DNA of 64,000 nucleotides from Neoroseomonas eburnea (GTDB taxonomy: Bacteria > Pseudomonadota > Alphaproteobacteria > Acetobacterales > Acetobacteraceae). Within the stretch, counting starts at the first letter, position 1. Every line of letters begins with the position of its first letter. The position numbers were made by a program, and so were the translations under genes. Below are positions 17,705-29,274 of the stretch, piece by piece. Under the pieces are notes generated by a model. That model was not told where the DNA came from. It saw only the letters and a list, made by a program, of their open reading frames with translations, and searched no databases. The stretch is from NCBI RefSeq assembly GCF_018129005.1, contig NZ_JAAEDL010000002.1, positions 77,897 through 141,896 of the forward strand, given 5' to 3'.

Positions 17705-18928
17705 TCACTCCGCCGGCGCCGGCGCGGCCCGACGGCTGCGTGCCTCCGCCTGGGCGGATCCGGCGCAGAGCAGCGAGAGCCCCAGCAGGCCCGCGACCAC
17801 CGGCAGCACGAGCTGCGGGTATCCCATGTCGATCAGGAAGCCGAGCGGCACCGGCGTGATCGCCCCGCCCAATGGCAGGCCGGAGGAGACGAAGCCGAAC
17901 ACCTTGCCGATCTGCCCCGGCGGGGAGGCATCCTTCAGCATCACGTCGCGCGGCGTGCGGGAGGCGCCCATGGCCAGCCCGCCGAGCAGCCCGACCAGCG
18001 GCAGCACCAGTTCCGGCAAGGGCAGCAGGCCGAGCGCGAGGATCATCGCCATGGCGAACAGCGTGAGCACGACGACGAAGCCGATGAGGCTCTTCTTCGT
18101 GCCGTCGGCGATCCAGCCGCCGACCAGCGTGCCGCCGGTGGCACCCACCATGTAACCGGTCAGCACCGTCGAGGCGACCGCGACCGGCGTGCCCCACAGC
18201 TTGCCGAGCACCGTGATGACGAAGGCCTGGATGCCCGAGCCCGCCATGGAGGAGAGCAGGAAGAAGGCGAAGAACATCAGGATGGGGCGGGAGAGCAGGA
18301 TCTCGCGCCCCGTGGGCTCGTCGCCCGTCTTCTTCGGCTTGGCCTGGTCGCGCAGGATGCGGCTCTGCACCAGGATGGCGGCGACCACCGGCACGCCGAG
18401 CAGCCCGACCAGCAGCAGCGCGGGCCGCCAGCCCATGGCCGCGGCAAGCAGCGCGATCACCGGCGGCGCCAGCGCGAAGCCAAGGTTGCCCGTGAAGGTG
18501 TGCAGCGCGAAGGCGCGGCCCATGCGCGACTTGTCGATCGACCCCGCGAGGATCGCATAATCCGCCGGGTGGATCACCGAATTGCCCACGCCGGAGAGCA
18601 CCGCCAGCGCCCAGATCGCCCAGATGCCGGGCGCCGCCGCCATGGCGGAGACCGCGAGCGCCATCAGCAGCGTTCCGCCCACCAGGAAGGGTCGCGCCCC
18701 GTGCCTGTCCACCCAGAAGCCGACCGGCGTCTGCAACAGCGCGGTGGTGCCGGACATCAGCGCGACGGCCAACCCGAGTTCGGCGAAGGAGGCACCGAAT
18801 TCCTCCCGCCAGAACAGGAAGAGCGGCGGCAGGCACAGCATGTAGAAATGCGACAGGAAATGCCCCGTCCCGATCAGGGCGATGATCCGCGCATCCTGCG
18901 CGGTGCCGGGCTTGGGATCGGCGCTCAT
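17705..18928 (-). CDS. MFS transporter
   Basis: 407 aa with 12 predicted TM helices and the MFS loop motif between TM2 and TM3 (GFWVDRHGARP). Confidence 0.85.
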   Translation of the reverse strand: MSADPKPGTAQDARIIALIGTGHFLSHFYMLCLPPLFLFWREEFGASFAELGLAVALMSGTTALLQTPVGFWVDRHGARPFLVGGTLLMALAVSAMAAAPGIWAIWALAVLSGVGNSVIHPADYAILAGSIDKSRMGRAFALHTFTGNLGFALAPPVIALLAAAMGWRPALLLVGLLGVPVVAAILVQSRILRDQAKPKKTGDEPTGREILLSRPILMFFAFFLLSSMAGSGIQAFVITVLGKLWGTPVAVASTVLTGYMVGATGGTLVGGWIADGTKKSLIGFVVVLTLFAMAMILALGLLPLPELVLPLVGLLGGLAMGASRTPRDVMLKDASPPGQIGKVFGFVSSGLPLGGAITPVPLGFLIDMGYPQLVLPVVAGLLGLSLLCAGSAQAEARSRRAAPAPAE

Positions 18929-19207
18929 TCAGGCATCCGTTGTGAAGACCCCGACAACGCTGCGCGCCGGCCGCTTCCCCGTCAACGGCACGGCGGCCCG
19001 GCAAGGCTGGCATGAGTATGGCGCGAGCCATCACGCCGGTCCTGCCGGGCGGCGGCGCGGTGCGCTGGGAGTGCGGCGATGAGTAGTTGAGAATCGTTCG
19101 CGATGCCTCCGCGATTTGACGCTGCGCCGCGCCGCACCATACAAAGACCCCGCAAAGGCCGGCTCCGGCTCGGGATCGGGGCACGCGGCCACCTGGAGTT
19201 CGGACCC

Positions 19208-19654
19208 ATGTCCAAGATCACCGACGCGCGGGAGGCCGTGATGGTCGGCCGCCGGTCGGACGGCACGCTCGTCCGCCGTCCGCTCTCGCCGCATCTGCAA
19301 GCCTACGACATGCTGCAGATGACGAGCGCGCTTTCCATCACCCACCGCATCACCGGCACGATCTGGTCGATCGGCCTGGTCTTCCTGGTCTGGTGGCTGT
19401 GCGCGGCCGCCGCCGGCGAATCGGCCTTCAACGCGGTGCAGTGGGTGCTCGGCTCCTTCCTCGGCGTGCTCGGGCTGATGGCGGTGACCGCCGCCGCCTG
19501 GTACCACACGCTGGCGGGCATCCGGCACCTCTACTGGGATTCGGGGCGCGGCTTCGACCTGCCGACGACCTACCTCACCGGCCGGGCCGTGCTGATCGGC
19601 ACCGCGGCGCTCACGGCGCTGACCTGGCTGATCATGCTGATCACCTGGATCTGA
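19208..19654 (+). CDS. sdhC: Succinate dehydrogenase cytochrome b556 subunit
   Basis: RPLSPHLQAYDMLQMTSALSITHRITG is the conserved SdhC heme-ligand region. It is the first gene of the sdhCDAB cluster. Confidence 0.85.
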   Translation: MSKITDAREAVMVGRRSDGTLVRRPLSPHLQAYDMLQMTSALSITHRITGTIWSIGLVFLVWWLCAAAAGESAFNAVQWVLGSFLGVLGLMAVTAAAWYHTLAGIRHLYWDSGRGFDLPTTYLTGRAVLIGTAALTALTWLIMLITWI

Positions 19655-19659
19655 CGACC

Positions 19660-20052
19660 ATGGCCGAGCCTTCGATCCGCACCCTTCGTTCCCCGCTCGG
19701 CCGCGTGCGCGGCCTGGGGTCCGCCAAGGGCGGCACGCATCACTGGTGGATGCAGCGCGTCACCTCCATCGCGCTGCTGCCGCTGACGATCTGGCTGGTC
19801 TTCTCGCTCGCGCGCATGCCGGACAGCACCTGGCAGGAAGCGACCGCCTGGATCGGCCGGCCGTTCAACGCCGTGCTGCTGCTCGCCTTCCTCGCGGCCG
19901 CCTTCCACCACGCCGCCTACGGCCTGCAGGAGGTGATCGAGGATTATGTGCGCGGCGAGCTGACGCGCATCGGCGCGCTGCTCGCGGTGAAGGGGCTCTG
20001 CCTGCTGCTGTGGCTCGCCTCGACGCTCGCGGTGCTGCGGATTGCGGTCTGA
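19660..20052 (+). CDS. sdhD: Succinate dehydrogenase hydrophobic membrane anchor subunit
   Basis: 130 aa with three TM helices (HHWWMQRVTSIALLPLTIWLVFSL). It lies between sdhC and sdhA. Confidence 0.8.
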   Translation: MAEPSIRTLRSPLGRVRGLGSAKGGTHHWWMQRVTSIALLPLTIWLVFSLARMPDSTWQEATAWIGRPFNAVLLLAFLAAAFHHAAYGLQEVIEDYVRGELTRIGALLAVKGLCLLLWLASTLAVLRIAV

Positions 20053-20148
20053 CGCGCGCCGCGGCGCGCATGCTGACTGGGTTGGTTCGAGGAAAGTACG
20101 CGGGCCGGAGGGCACAAGCCCCGCCGCGGAACGGATGAGACGGGTGCG

Positions 20149-21960
20149 ATGAACGCGATCAGCAAGCCTTCCAACGGCGCCTACCGCATCGTGGACCACA
20201 CCTACGACGTCGTCGTCGTGGGCGCGGGCGGCGCGGGGCTGCGCGCCACCTTCGGCATGGGTGCCGCCGGCCTCAAGACCGCCTGCATCACCAAGGTCTT
20301 CCCCACCCGCAGCCACACCGTCGCCGCGCAGGGCGGCGTCGGCGCGGCGCTCGGCAACATGGGCGAGGACGACTGGCGCTGGCACATGTACGACACCGTG
20401 AAAGGCTCGGACTGGCTCGGCGACCAGGACGCCATCGAATACATGTGCCGCGAGGCGATCCCCGCGATCATCGAGCTCGAACACTACGGCGTGCCGTTCT
20501 CCCGCACCGAGGACGGCAAGATCTACCAGCGCCCCTTCGGCGGCCACATGAAGCACTACGGCAAGGAACCCGCGATGCGGGCCTGCGCCGCGGCCGACCG
20601 CACGGGCCACGCGATCCTGCACACGCTCTACCAGCAGTCGCTCAAGCACAATTGCGAGTTCTTCGTCGAGTACTTCGCCCTCGACCTCATCATGGACGAT
20701 GAGGGCGCCTGCCGCGGCGTCACCGCCTGGTGCCTCGAGGACGGCTCGATCCATCGCTTCCGCGCGCAGACGACCGTGCTCGCCACCGGCGGCTACGGCC
20801 GCGCGTACTTCTCCTGCACCTCGGCGCACACCTGCACGGGCGACGGTGGCGGCATGGTGCTGCGCGCCGGCCTGCCGCTGCAGGACAACGAGTTCGTGCA
20901 GTTCCACCCGACCGGCATCTACGGCTCGGGCTGCCTCGTCACCGAAGGCGCCCGCGGCGAGGGCGGATATCTCACCAACTCCGAGGGCGAGCGCTTCATG
21001 GAGCGCTACGCGCCGACGGCGAAGGATCTCGCCTCCCGCGACGTCGTCTCCCGCGCCATGTCGATGGAGATCCGCGAGGGGCGCGGCGTCGGTCCGCTCA
21101 AGGACCACATCCACCTGCACCTCGAACACCTGGGTGCGGACATCCTGCACGAACGGCTGCCCGGCATTTCCGAGACGGCGAAGATCTTCGCCGGCGTGGA
21201 CGTGACGAAGGAGCCGATCCCGATGCTCCCGACCGTCCATTACAACATGGGCGGCATTCCCACGAACATCCATTGCGAAGTGCTGGCCGCGACCGGCACC
21301 GACCAGGACAAGGTGGTCCCCGGCCTGATGGCCGTCGGCGAGGCGGCCTGCGTCTCGGTGCATGGCGCGAACCGCCTCGGTACCAACTCGCTGCTCGACC
21401 TCGTGGTGTTCGGCCGCGCCGCCGCGCACCGCGCCGCCGAGACGATCAAGCCGGGCGCGAGCCAGGCGCCGCTGCCGCCCAAGGCCGGCGAGGCGTCGCT
21501 CGACCGCTTCGATCGCGTGCGCAATGCGAAGGGCTCGACCTCGGTCTCCGAGCTGCGCCTGAACATGCAGCGCACGATGCAGACGCATGCCGCCGTCTTC
21601 CGCACCGCCGACCTGCTGAAGGAAGGCGTGGAGAAGATGAACAAGGTCGCCGCCGGCTACAGCGACATCAGGATCGCCGACCGCTCCCTGGTCTGGAACA
21701 GCGACCTGATGGAGGCGCTGGAACTCGACAACCTGCTCGGCAATGCGCTGACCACCATCACCGGCGCCGATGCGCGCAAGGAATCCCGTGGCGCCCATGC
21801 GCATGAGGACTTCCCGGAGCGCGACGACGTCAACTGGATGAAGCACACCCTGGCGCGCGTGGACGAGAACTACCGCGTGAGCCTCGACTACCGCGACGTG
21901 AAGATGCGCACCCTCACCAACGAGGTGCAGGTCTTCCCGCCGAAGCCGCGCGTGTACTGA
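20149..21960 (+). CDS. sdhA: Succinate dehydrogenase flavoprotein subunit
   Basis: [15 protein letters not shown] (FAD-binding GxGxxG). The covalent-FAD histidine context is [10 protein letters not shown]. The C-terminal [19 protein letters not shown] matches. Confidence 0.97.
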   Translation: MNAISKPSNGAYRIVDHTYDVVVVGAGGAGLRATFGMGAAGLKTACITKVFPTRSHTVAAQGGVGAALGNMGEDDWRWHMYDTVKGSDWLGDQDAIEYMCREAIPAIIELEHYGVPFSRTEDGKIYQRPFGGHMKHYGKEPAMRACAAADRTGHAILHTLYQQSLKHNCEFFVEYFALDLIMDDEGACRGVTAWCLEDGSIHRFRAQTTVLATGGYGRAYFSCTSAHTCTGDGGGMVLRAGLPLQDNEFVQFHPTGIYGSGCLVTEGARGEGGYLTNSEGERFMERYAPTAKDLASRDVVSRAMSMEIREGRGVGPLKDHIHLHLEHLGADILHERLPGISETAKIFAGVDVTKEPIPMLPTVHYNMGGIPTNIHCEVLAATGTDQDKVVPGLMAVGEAACVSVHGANRLGTNSLLDLVVFGRAAAHRAAETIKPGASQAPLPPKAGEASLDRFDRVRNAKGSTSVSELRLNMQRTMQTHAAVFRTADLLKEGVEKMNKVAAGYSDIRIADRSLVWNSDLMEALELDNLLGNALTTITGADARKESRGAHAHEDFPERDDVNWMKHTLARVDENYRVSLDYRDVKMRTLTNEVQVFPPKPRVY

Positions 21961-21972
21961 GGATCCCGACCG

Positions 21973-22755
21973 ATGGCCACTTTCACGCTTCCGAAGAACT
22001 CCACGGTCGGCGAGGGCAAGACCTACCGCGCACCGGCCGGTGCCAAGAACGTCAGGTCCTTCAAGATCTACCGATGGGACCCGGATGCCGGCGCCAACCC
22101 GCGCACCGACACCTATGAGATCGACCTCGACCAGTGCGGCCCGATGGTCCTGGACGCGCTGATCAAGATCAAGAACGAGGTGGACAGCACCCTGACCTTC
22201 CGGCGGTCGTGCCGCGAAGGCATCTGCGGCTCCTGCTCGATGAACATAGACGGGCTGAATACCCTCGCCTGCCTCAAGCCGATCGAGGACGTGAAGGGCG
22301 ACGTCCGCATCTCCCCGCTGCCGCACATGCCGGTGGTGAAGGATCTGGTGCCGGATCTCAGCCAGATCTATGCGCAGCTCCGCTCGGTCGAGCCCTGGCT
22401 GAAGGCCGAGACGCCGCCGCCGCCCGATGGCGAGCGCCTGCAGTCCAAGGAGGAACGGGCGAAGCTCGACGGCCTCTGGGAATGCATCCTGTGCTTCTGC
22501 TGCTCGACCGCCTGCCCCTCCTACTGGTGGAACGGCGACCGCTACCTCGGCCCGGCGGTGCTGCTGCAGGCCTATCGCTGGATCGCGGACAGCCGCGACG
22601 AGGCCGCGGGCGAGCGGCTCGATGCGCTGGAAGATCCGTTCAAGCTGTATCGCTGCCACACCATCATGAACTGCACCCGGACCTGCCCGAAGGGGCTGAA
22701 CCCGGCGCAGGCGATCGGCGAGATCAAGAAGCTGATGGTCGAGCGCCAGGGCTGA
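21973..22755 (+). CDS. sdhB: Succinate dehydrogenase iron-sulfur subunit
   Basis: The 2Fe-2S motif is [15 protein letters not shown]. The 4Fe-4S/3Fe-4S motifs are [17 protein letters not shown] and [15 protein letters not shown]. Confidence 0.97.
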   Translation: MATFTLPKNSTVGEGKTYRAPAGAKNVRSFKIYRWDPDAGANPRTDTYEIDLDQCGPMVLDALIKIKNEVDSTLTFRRSCREGICGSCSMNIDGLNTLACLKPIEDVKGDVRISPLPHMPVVKDLVPDLSQIYAQLRSVEPWLKAETPPPPDGERLQSKEERAKLDGLWECILCFCCSTACPSYWWNGDRYLGPAVLLQAYRWIADSRDEAAGERLDALEDPFKLYRCHTIMNCTRTCPKGLNPAQAIGEIKKLMVERQG

Positions 22756-22775
22756 ACCGCCCGCGCCCGACGCGC

Positions 22776-22815
22776 CTTCGAGGCGCCGCGGCCCCTTCGT
22801 CGGGGCCGCGGCGCT
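22776..22815 (+). terminator. Stem-loop terminator after sdhB
   Basis: gcgccgcggcccc-ttcgtc-ggggccgcggcgc followed by tttgcat. Confidence 0.45.
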
Positions 22816-22889
22816 TTGCATGTCGAAATGATGGCTCTCCCGGGCACCGTGGCGCTAGCCTTCCGGCAACGCCATGACGGGAGGCCGGA

Positions 22890-24461
22890 ATGTCCAGGAC
22901 CATGCACGCCCTGCTCGCGGGGGCGCTCGCATTTGCCGCACCCGCGGCGATCGCACAGACGCTGACCCTCGGCTCCGCCGCCCCGGTCACCTCGATCGAC
23001 CCGCACTATCACAACCTCGGGCCGAACAACGCGCTGACCATGCACATCTTCGACCGGCTGGTGGAACGCGACGGGCGCGCCCGTCCGCATCCCTCGCTGG
23101 CGGAATCCTGGCGCGTGGTTTCCGACACTGTGTGGGAATTCAAGCTGCGTCGGGGCGTCACCTGGCACGACGGCCGGCCGTTCACCGCCGACGACGTGGT
23201 CTTCACCTTCTCCCGCGTGCCGAACGTGCCCAACAGTCCGGGCGGCTTCCAGGGCTTCCTGCGCGCCATCGAGCGGATCGAGGTGGTGGACCCCCACACC
23301 ATCCGCATCCACACCAAGCGGCCGCATCCGCTGATGCCGCTCGACCTCGCCTCCGTCTCGATCATCTCCCGCCATGCGGGGGAGGGCGCGAGCACCGAGG
23401 ACTACAACAGCGGCAAGGCCGCGATCGGCACCGGCCCCTATCGCTACGCCTCGTATCGTCTCGGCGACCGGGTGGAGATGGAGCGCAACCAGGCCTGGTT
23501 CCGCGGCGCCGAGCCCTGGGCGCGGGTGAACTACCGCATCCTCAACAACGACGGCGGCCGCACGGCGGCGCTGCTCGCCGGCGACGTGGACCTGATCGAG
23601 CAGATCCCGACCTCCGACCTGGCGCGGCTGCGGCAGGATTCGCGCGTGATCGTCACCTCCATTCCCAGCCTGCGCACGGTCTACATCGTGCCTGATTACG
23701 GGCGGGCCGGCGGCGACCCGCAGGTGACGGACAATTCGGGCGCGCCTCTGCCGGCGAACCCCTTCCGCGACCTGCGCGTGCGCCGGGCCCTCTCCATGGC
23801 GATCAACCGCCAGGCGCTCGCGGAACAGGTGATGGAGGGCGCCGGCACCGCGACCGCGCAATGGCTGCCGGAAGGCGCCTTCGGCTACGCGCCCGGCGTC
23901 CGTCCGCGTGGGTTCGACCCTGACGGGGCGAAGCGCCTGCTCGCCGAGGCGGGCTATCCGGACGGCTTCCGCGTGACCATCACCGCGCCCAATGACCGCT
24001 GGCCGAACGATTCGCGCATCGCGCAGGCGGTGGCGCAGATGTGGACGCGCATCGGCGTGCGTACGCAGGTGCAGACCTACCCGTGGACCGGCTTCGTGCC
24101 GCGCCGGATGCGGTTCGAATACCCGATCCAGCTCGCCGCCTGGGGCAGCAGCACCGGCGAGGCGTCCAACTTCCTCGCCAATGTCGTGGCGACGCGCGAC
24201 CGCGCACGGCTGACCGGGGCCAACAACAATGCCCGCTTCTCGGATGCGGCCTTCGACGACCTGCTGATGCGCGCCTCCGCCACGCTCGACGACGAGCGGC
24301 GCGAGGCGATGTGGCACCAGGCCGTCGCCCGCTATGCGGAGGAGGAGCCCTATATCCAGCTCATCCAGTACGTGAACACCTGGGCGGCGCGCCGGGGCTT
24401 CACGCACGACCCGCGGATGGACGAGCGGACCATCGCCATGGGGGTGCGCCCCGCGCGGTAG
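22890..24461 (+). CDS. ABC transporter substrate-binding protein, family 5 (peptide/nickel/opine type)
   Basis: The signal peptide is MSRTMHALLAGALAFAAPAAIAQ. The family-5 conserved N-terminal region is TLTLGSAAPVTSIDPHY...LVERDGRARPHPSLAESW...GVTWHDGRPFTADDVVFTF. No cognate permease or ATPase genes are adjacent. Confidence 0.85.
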   Translation: MSRTMHALLAGALAFAAPAAIAQTLTLGSAAPVTSIDPHYHNLGPNNALTMHIFDRLVERDGRARPHPSLAESWRVVSDTVWEFKLRRGVTWHDGRPFTADDVVFTFSRVPNVPNSPGGFQGFLRAIERIEVVDPHTIRIHTKRPHPLMPLDLASVSIISRHAGEGASTEDYNSGKAAIGTGPYRYASYRLGDRVEMERNQAWFRGAEPWARVNYRILNNDGGRTAALLAGDVDLIEQIPTSDLARLRQDSRVIVTSIPSLRTVYIVPDYGRAGGDPQVTDNSGAPLPANPFRDLRVRRALSMAINRQALAEQVMEGAGTATAQWLPEGAFGYAPGVRPRGFDPDGAKRLLAEAGYPDGFRVTITAPNDRWPNDSRIAQAVAQMWTRIGVRTQVQTYPWTGFVPRRMRFEYPIQLAAWGSSTGEASNFLANVVATRDRARLTGANNNARFSDAAFDDLLMRASATLDDERREAMWHQAVARYAEEEPYIQLIQYVNTWAARRGFTHDPRMDERTIAMGVRPAR

Positions 24462-24621
24462 AGCGGATCCCGATCAGGTGGCCTCGCCTGGACGGGTGAA
24501 GATGCTCGCGAAAGCACGAGGCTCGAGCGGCCGCCATGGGCCGGAGCGAGCGGAAACCGCTTCAGCCGGCCGGGCGGCGCCCCTGAGCGGGGCGTTCCGG
24601 GTGGTGCGGTGCCGGTGGCGG

Positions 24622-26844
24622 CTACAGGAAGCCCACCGGGTCCACGTCCACCTGGACGCGGACATTGTTCGGGACCTGGACCTTCGCGAGCCAGGCCTCC
24701 AGCAGCGGCTGCACCGCGATGTCGCGCCGCGTCTTCAGCAGCAGCCGCCGGCGATGCCGCCCGCGCAGGATGGCGAGCGGCGCCGGGGCGGGGCCGAGCA
24801 CCTCCACCCCCTCCCCGCCCGGCGCCGCCAGGCCGAGGTCCCGTGCGGCCCGGTCGGCCGCCCGCTCGTCCTCGGAACTGACGATCAGCGCGGCGAGCCG
24901 CCCGAAGGGCGGCCAATGGCCGGGCCGGCGGCCATCCGCCTCCGCGGCCATGAAGGCATCGAGGTCGTTCGACACCAGCGCCTGCATCACCGGATGCTCC
25001 GGCACGAAGCTCTGCAGCAGCACCCGGCCGGGGCGCTCCTCCCGCCCCGCGCGGCCGGCGACCTGGTGCAGCAACTGGACGGTGCGTTCGGAGGCGCGCA
25101 GATCGCCGCCGGCCAGGCCGAGATCCGCATCCACCACGCCGACCAGCGTCAGATGCGGGAAATGCCAGCCCTTGGCGACGATCTGCGTGCCGATGATGAG
25201 GTCCACCTGCCGGTCCTGGATCGCCTGCGCCGCCGCCGCGGCCGCGGCCGGGCCGGGGATCGTGTCGGATGCCATGACCAGCAGCCGCGCCTCGGGCCAC
25301 AGCGCCGTCGCCTCCTCCAGCACGCGCTCCACGCCCGGCCCGATCGGCACGGTGGAATGGGCGGCGCCGCAATTCGGGCAGGCCTCCGGGATCGGCTCCA
25401 CATGGCCGCAATGGTGGCATTGCAGGCGGCGGGCGGCGCGGTGCTCGACCAGCCAGGCGGTGCAATTGGGGCAGCGCAGCCGGTGCCCGCAAGCGCGGCA
25501 GAGCGTCATCGGCGCATAGCCGCGGCGGTTCAGGAACAGCATCGCCTGTTCCCCGCGTGCCAGCGTCTCCGTCACCGCCGCGACCAGCGGCGGGGAGAGG
25601 AAGCGCCCGCGCTCCGGTGGCGTGCGGCGCAGATCGACCGCCTCCACCACCGGCATTTCCGCCCCCCCGTGCCGCGCGGGCAGGTGCAGGGCGGCATAGC
25701 GGCCGGTCTGCGCATTGTTGGCGCTTTCCAGCGAGGGCGTGGCACTGACGAGCACGCAGGCGGCGGCCGACAGGCGCGCGCGCACCACGGCCATGTCGCG
25801 CGCGTGGTAGACGACGCCTTCCTCCTGCTTGAAGGCGGTCTCGTGCTCCTCGTCCACCACGATGAGGCCGAGATCCGGATAGGGCAGGAACAGCGCGGAA
25901 CGTGCCCCGACCAGCACCGGCGCCTCCCCTTCCGCCACGGCGCGCCATGTCTCCCGCCGGGTGCGGGAGGTCAGCTCCGAATGCCACAGCGCCGGCGCGG
26001 CGCCGAAGCGCGCGCGGAAACGGTCGAGCCATTGCGCGGACAGCGCGATCTCCGGCAGCAGCACCAGCGCCTGGCGGCCCTGGCGCAGGCATTCGGCGAT
26101 GGCCTCGAAATAGACCTCGGTCTTGCCGGAGCCGGTCACGCCGGTCAGCAGGGTGGTGGCGAAGGCACGGCGGGCCACGGTGGCCTTCAGGGCTTCGGCG
26201 GCCTGATGTTGTTCCGGGCGCAGCTCGGGGCCGGGCCGGTCGGGGTCCGGCGGCACGAAGCGCGGGCGGCGGGGCAGCAGGACGGGCTCGATCAGCCCGG
26301 CATCGGCCATGCCGCGCAGCACGGCGGGGGCGACGCCGGCCGCCTCCGCAAGTTCCCCGCCGGCACGGGCGGCGCCGTCGGCCAGCACCTCCAGCACGCG
26401 CCGGCGTGTCGGCGTGATGCGCGCCCCCCCGGGCAGCGCGGCGGCGCGGCGCCAGCCGGCCTGCGGCGCCGGGGGCTCGAGCGCGGAGGGCGCGCTCATC
26501 GCCATGCGCAGCACCGCGCCGGGCGGGCTCAGCGTATAGTCGGCCACCCAGTCCACGAAGCGGCGCAGCGTCGCCGTCATCGGCGGCGCGTCGAGCACGG
26601 AGAGGATGTTGCGCAACCGCTTCTCGGGCAGTGCCGGGTCGGGTTCCCCGTCCCAGGCGACGCCCAGCACCTCCCGCCCGCCCAGCGGCACCGCGACGAA
26701 ATTCCCCGGCCTCACCGCGAGCCCCGGCGGGACGCGGTAATCATAGGCATCTGCCAGAGGAAGCGGCAGCAGCACGCGAAGTCGTGGCAGTGGCGAAACA
26801 GGCGTTGCTGCCACATCACTGCGCGTTCTTTTCCCCTCCACCAT
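24622..26844 (-). CDS. priA: Primosomal protein N' (replication restart helicase PriA)
   Basis: Walker A is [18 protein letters not shown] is [15 protein letters not shown]. The PriA-specific Cys-rich insertion is [21 protein letters not shown]...CHHCGH...CPNCG. The true start may be an internal GTG near 26799 ([21 protein letters not shown]). Confidence 0.9.
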   Translation of the reverse strand: MVEGKRTRSDVAATPVSPLPRLRVLLPLPLADAYDYRVPPGLAVRPGNFVAVPLGGREVLGVAWDGEPDPALPEKRLRNILSVLDAPPMTATLRRFVDWVADYTLSPPGAVLRMAMSAPSALEPPAPQAGWRRAAALPGGARITPTRRRVLEVLADGAARAGGELAEAAGVAPAVLRGMADAGLIEPVLLPRRPRFVPPDPDRPGPELRPEQHQAAEALKATVARRAFATTLLTGVTGSGKTEVYFEAIAECLRQGRQALVLLPEIALSAQWLDRFRARFGAAPALWHSELTSRTRRETWRAVAEGEAPVLVGARSALFLPYPDLGLIVVDEEHETAFKQEEGVVYHARDMAVVRARLSAAACVLVSATPSLESANNAQTGRYAALHLPARHGGAEMPVVEAVDLRRTPPERGRFLSPPLVAAVTETLARGEQAMLFLNRRGYAPMTLCRACGHRLRCPNCTAWLVEHRAARRLQCHHCGHVEPIPEACPNCGAAHSTVPIGPGVERVLEEATALWPEARLLVMASDTIPGPAAAAAAAQAIQDRQVDLIIGTQIVAKGWHFPHLTLVGVVDADLGLAGGDLRASERTVQLLHQVAGRAGREERPGRVLLQSFVPEHPVMQALVSNDLDAFMAAEADGRRPGHWPPFGRLAALIVSSEDERAADRAARDLGLAAPGGEGVEVLGPAPAPLAILRGRHRRRLLLKTRRDIAVQPLLEAWLAKVQVPNNVRVQVDVDPVGFL

Positions 26845-26917
26845 CGTCTATAGCGTGATCTGGATCAGTGTTCGCAGACGCATCTGCGTACAGATTGTTG
26901 CTGGAAGGTTCCGCATC

Positions 26918-27574
26918 ATGAAGTTTTTCGTCGACACCGCAGAGGTTGCAGACATCCGGTCGCTCGCAGCGGCCGGCCTCGTGGACGGCGTCACCACCAA
27001 CCCCTCCCTGGTCGCGAAATCCGGCCGCGACTTCAAGGAGGTGATCGCGGAGATCTGTGCCATCACCCCCGGCCCGGTCAGCGCGGAGGTCACCGCCACG
27101 GACGCCGCCGGCATGATCGCCGAGGGCAAGGTGCTGCGCGCCATCGCGCCCAATGTCGCCGTGAAGGTGCCGCTGACCGAGGCCGGCCTGGTCGCCTGCC
27201 GGACCCTGGCGGGCGAAGGCGCGATGGTCAACGTCACCCTCTGCTTCAGCCCCGCGCAGGCGCTGCTGGCCGCCAAGGCGGGCGCCACCTTCATCTCCCC
27301 CTTCGTGGGCCGGCTCGACGACATCTCGACCGACGGCATGCGGCTGATCGCGGACATCGTCCAGATCTACCGCAACTACCCCGCCCTGAAGACCGAGGTG
27401 CTGGTCGCCTCCGTCCGCCACCCGATCCACCTGATCGAGGCGGCGAAGATGGGCGCCCATGTCGCAACCCTTCCGCCGAACGTGATCCGGATGCTGCTGA
27501 AGCACCCGCTCACCGACCGCGGCCTGGAGGCCTTCCTGGCCGACTGGCAGAAGACGGGGCAATCCATCCTGTGA
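26918..27574 (+). CDS. tal: Transaldolase/fructose-6-phosphate aldolase (type 3 short transaldolase)
   Basis: [31 protein letters not shown]...[12 protein letters not shown]...[13 protein letters not shown]. The catalytic Lys context and the length of about 218 aa are typical of Fsa/TalC-type enzymes. Confidence 0.85.
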   Translation: MKFFVDTAEVADIRSLAAAGLVDGVTTNPSLVAKSGRDFKEVIAEICAITPGPVSAEVTATDAAGMIAEGKVLRAIAPNVAVKVPLTEAGLVACRTLAGEGAMVNVTLCFSPAQALLAAKAGATFISPFVGRLDDISTDGMRLIADIVQIYRNYPALKTEVLVASVRHPIHLIEAAKMGAHVATLPPNVIRMLLKHPLTDRGLEAFLADWQKTGQSIL

Positions 27575-28251
27575 GCGAAAGCCTCCCCGCCAAGGGCGTC
27601 CTGACGGACCTCCAGGCGGAGGAGGTCGAAGCCTTCCTGCGCGCCCATCCGGGCTTCCTGGCGGAGCGCCCGGACCTCTACCGGGCGCTGCTGCCGCCGC
27701 GACGCGTACATGGCGAACGGCTGGCCGACCACATGGCCGCGATGCTCGAGGCCGAGCGCAGCCGCACCCGGGCGCTCGAGACCGAGATGTTCGCCGCGAT
27801 CGAGGCCGGCCGCGCCGGCGCGGGCCTGACCGTGCGCATCCGCCTCGCCGTGCTGGCGCTGATGCGCGCCCAGGACGTGCTGGAGGCGGTGACGCAGGAG
27901 ATCCCTGCGCTGCTTGGCGTCGAGACCTGCACCCTGGCCGCCGAGCCTTCCGGGATGTTGTTGCCGGCCCTGCCGGCCGGCATCCTGCCGCTGCCACCGG
28001 GCGCCGTCGTCCGGCTGATCGGGCGCGGCCGCGACGCGGTGGTGCGGTCCCACCCGACCGAAACGGTTCTGCTCCATGCCGAGGCCGCCGGCCTGGTGAT
28101 GCGCGACGCGCTCGCCCGCGTGCCCCTGTCGGTCGGCCCGCCGGCGCTGATCGCGCTCGGCGCGCGGGAACCGGCCGCCCTGCCCGCCCGGCAGACGGTG
28201 GCGATCCTCTCCTTCCTCGGCCGCGCCGTGGCGGCCGCGCTGTCGCGCTGA
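27571..28251 (+). CDS. DUF484 family protein (conserved partner gene upstream of xerC)
   Basis: GTG start overlaps the tal stop. 226 aa. The gene order DUF484-xerC is widely conserved in proteobacteria. Confidence 0.55.
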   Translation: MSESLPAKGVLTDLQAEEVEAFLRAHPGFLAERPDLYRALLPPRRVHGERLADHMAAMLEAERSRTRALETEMFAAIEAGRAGAGLTVRIRLAVLALMRAQDVLEAVTQEIPALLGVETCTLAAEPSGMLLPALPAGILPLPPGAVVRLIGRGRDAVVRSHPTETVLLHAEAAGLVMRDALARVPLSVGPPALIALGAREPAALPARQTVAILSFLGRAVAAALSR

Positions 28252-28252
28252 G

Positions 28253-29185
28253 ATGACCGGCGATCAGGCGCGCGCCGCCTGGCTCGCCTGGCTGGCGCAG
28301 GAGCGGCGGGCGAGCCCCAACACGCTGGAAGCCTACGGCCACGACGCCGCGGCGTTCCTCGGCTTCCTGACGCGCCACCTGGGCGGGGAGCCGGATCTCG
28401 TGGCGCTCGGCGCGCTGCGCCCGGCGGATCTGCGCGGCTTCCTGGCGGAACGCGCCGCGGCGGGCGATTCCAACGCGACGCGCGCGCGTCGGCTTGCCGC
28501 CATCCGCGGCTTCCTGCGCTACCTGACGCGGCGGCACGGCATGGCGGCACTGCCGGTCGGCGCGCTGCGCGGCCCGCGGCCGAAACCGCCCATCCCCCGC
28601 GCGCTGACGCCCGAGACCGCGCGCAGCGTCGCCACCGAGGCGGGCGATGTCTACGACCCCGAACGCCACGAGCGCGCGCCCCTGCAGGCGGCGCGCGACG
28701 TCGCGCTGTTCAGCCTGCTCTATGGCGCCGGGCTGCGCATCGCGGAGGCGCTGGCGCTGAACCTCGGCGATGCACCGCTGCCGGGCAGCGAGGCCGCGCT
28801 GCGCGTCATCGGCAAGGGCAGCAAGGAACGGCTGGTGCCGGTGCTGCCGGCGGTGCGCGCCGCGGTCGCCGCGTACCTGAAGCATCGCGGGCCGGGCGGG
28901 CCGGGGGAACCGCTCTTCATCGGCGCGCGCGGCAAGCGGCTCGATCCCGCCGTGGCGCAGCGATCGCTGCGGGAATTCCGCCGCCTCGCCGGCCTGCCCG
29001 AGCACGCGACGCCGCACGCGCTGCGGCATTCCTTCGCGACCCATCTGCTCGGCGCCGGCGCCGACCTGCGCGCCATCCAGGAACTGCTGGGCCATGCCAG
29101 CCTGTCCACCACGCAACGCTACACGGCGGTCGATGCCGCGGGGCTGCTGGCGACCTGGAAGAAGGCGCATCCGCGGGCGGGCTGA
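28253..29185 (+). CDS. xerC: Tyrosine recombinase XerC
   Basis: It begins 1 nt after the DUF484 stop. The catalytic motifs are HALRHSFATHLL and LGHASLSTTQRYT (R-H-R-Y tyrosine recombinase). The N-terminal core-binding domain is LAWLAQERRASPNTLEAY. Confidence 0.85.
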   Translation: MTGDQARAAWLAWLAQERRASPNTLEAYGHDAAAFLGFLTRHLGGEPDLVALGALRPADLRGFLAERAAAGDSNATRARRLAAIRGFLRYLTRRHGMAALPVGALRGPRPKPPIPRALTPETARSVATEAGDVYDPERHERAPLQAARDVALFSLLYGAGLRIAEALALNLGDAPLPGSEAALRVIGKGSKERLVPVLPAVRAAVAAYLKHRGPGGPGEPLFIGARGKRLDPAVAQRSLREFRRLAGLPEHATPHALRHSFATHLLGAGADLRAIQELLGHASLSTTQRYTAVDAAGLLATWKKAHPRAG

Positions 29186-29274
29186 TCGGCGCTCTACCGC
29201 CTTCCTGCATCGTCATGCGTCATGACACTGCCGTGAAGCGCCCGGCGCGAGGCGCGCGGCCGGATGGGATCACC

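Noticed and set aside
19570-22821. 1083-aa minus-strand ORF spanning sdhD-sdhA-sdhB in antisense
   Set aside because: It lies antisense to three unambiguous SDH genes, has a low-complexity A/G/R/V-rich translation and no stop codons only because of GC bias.
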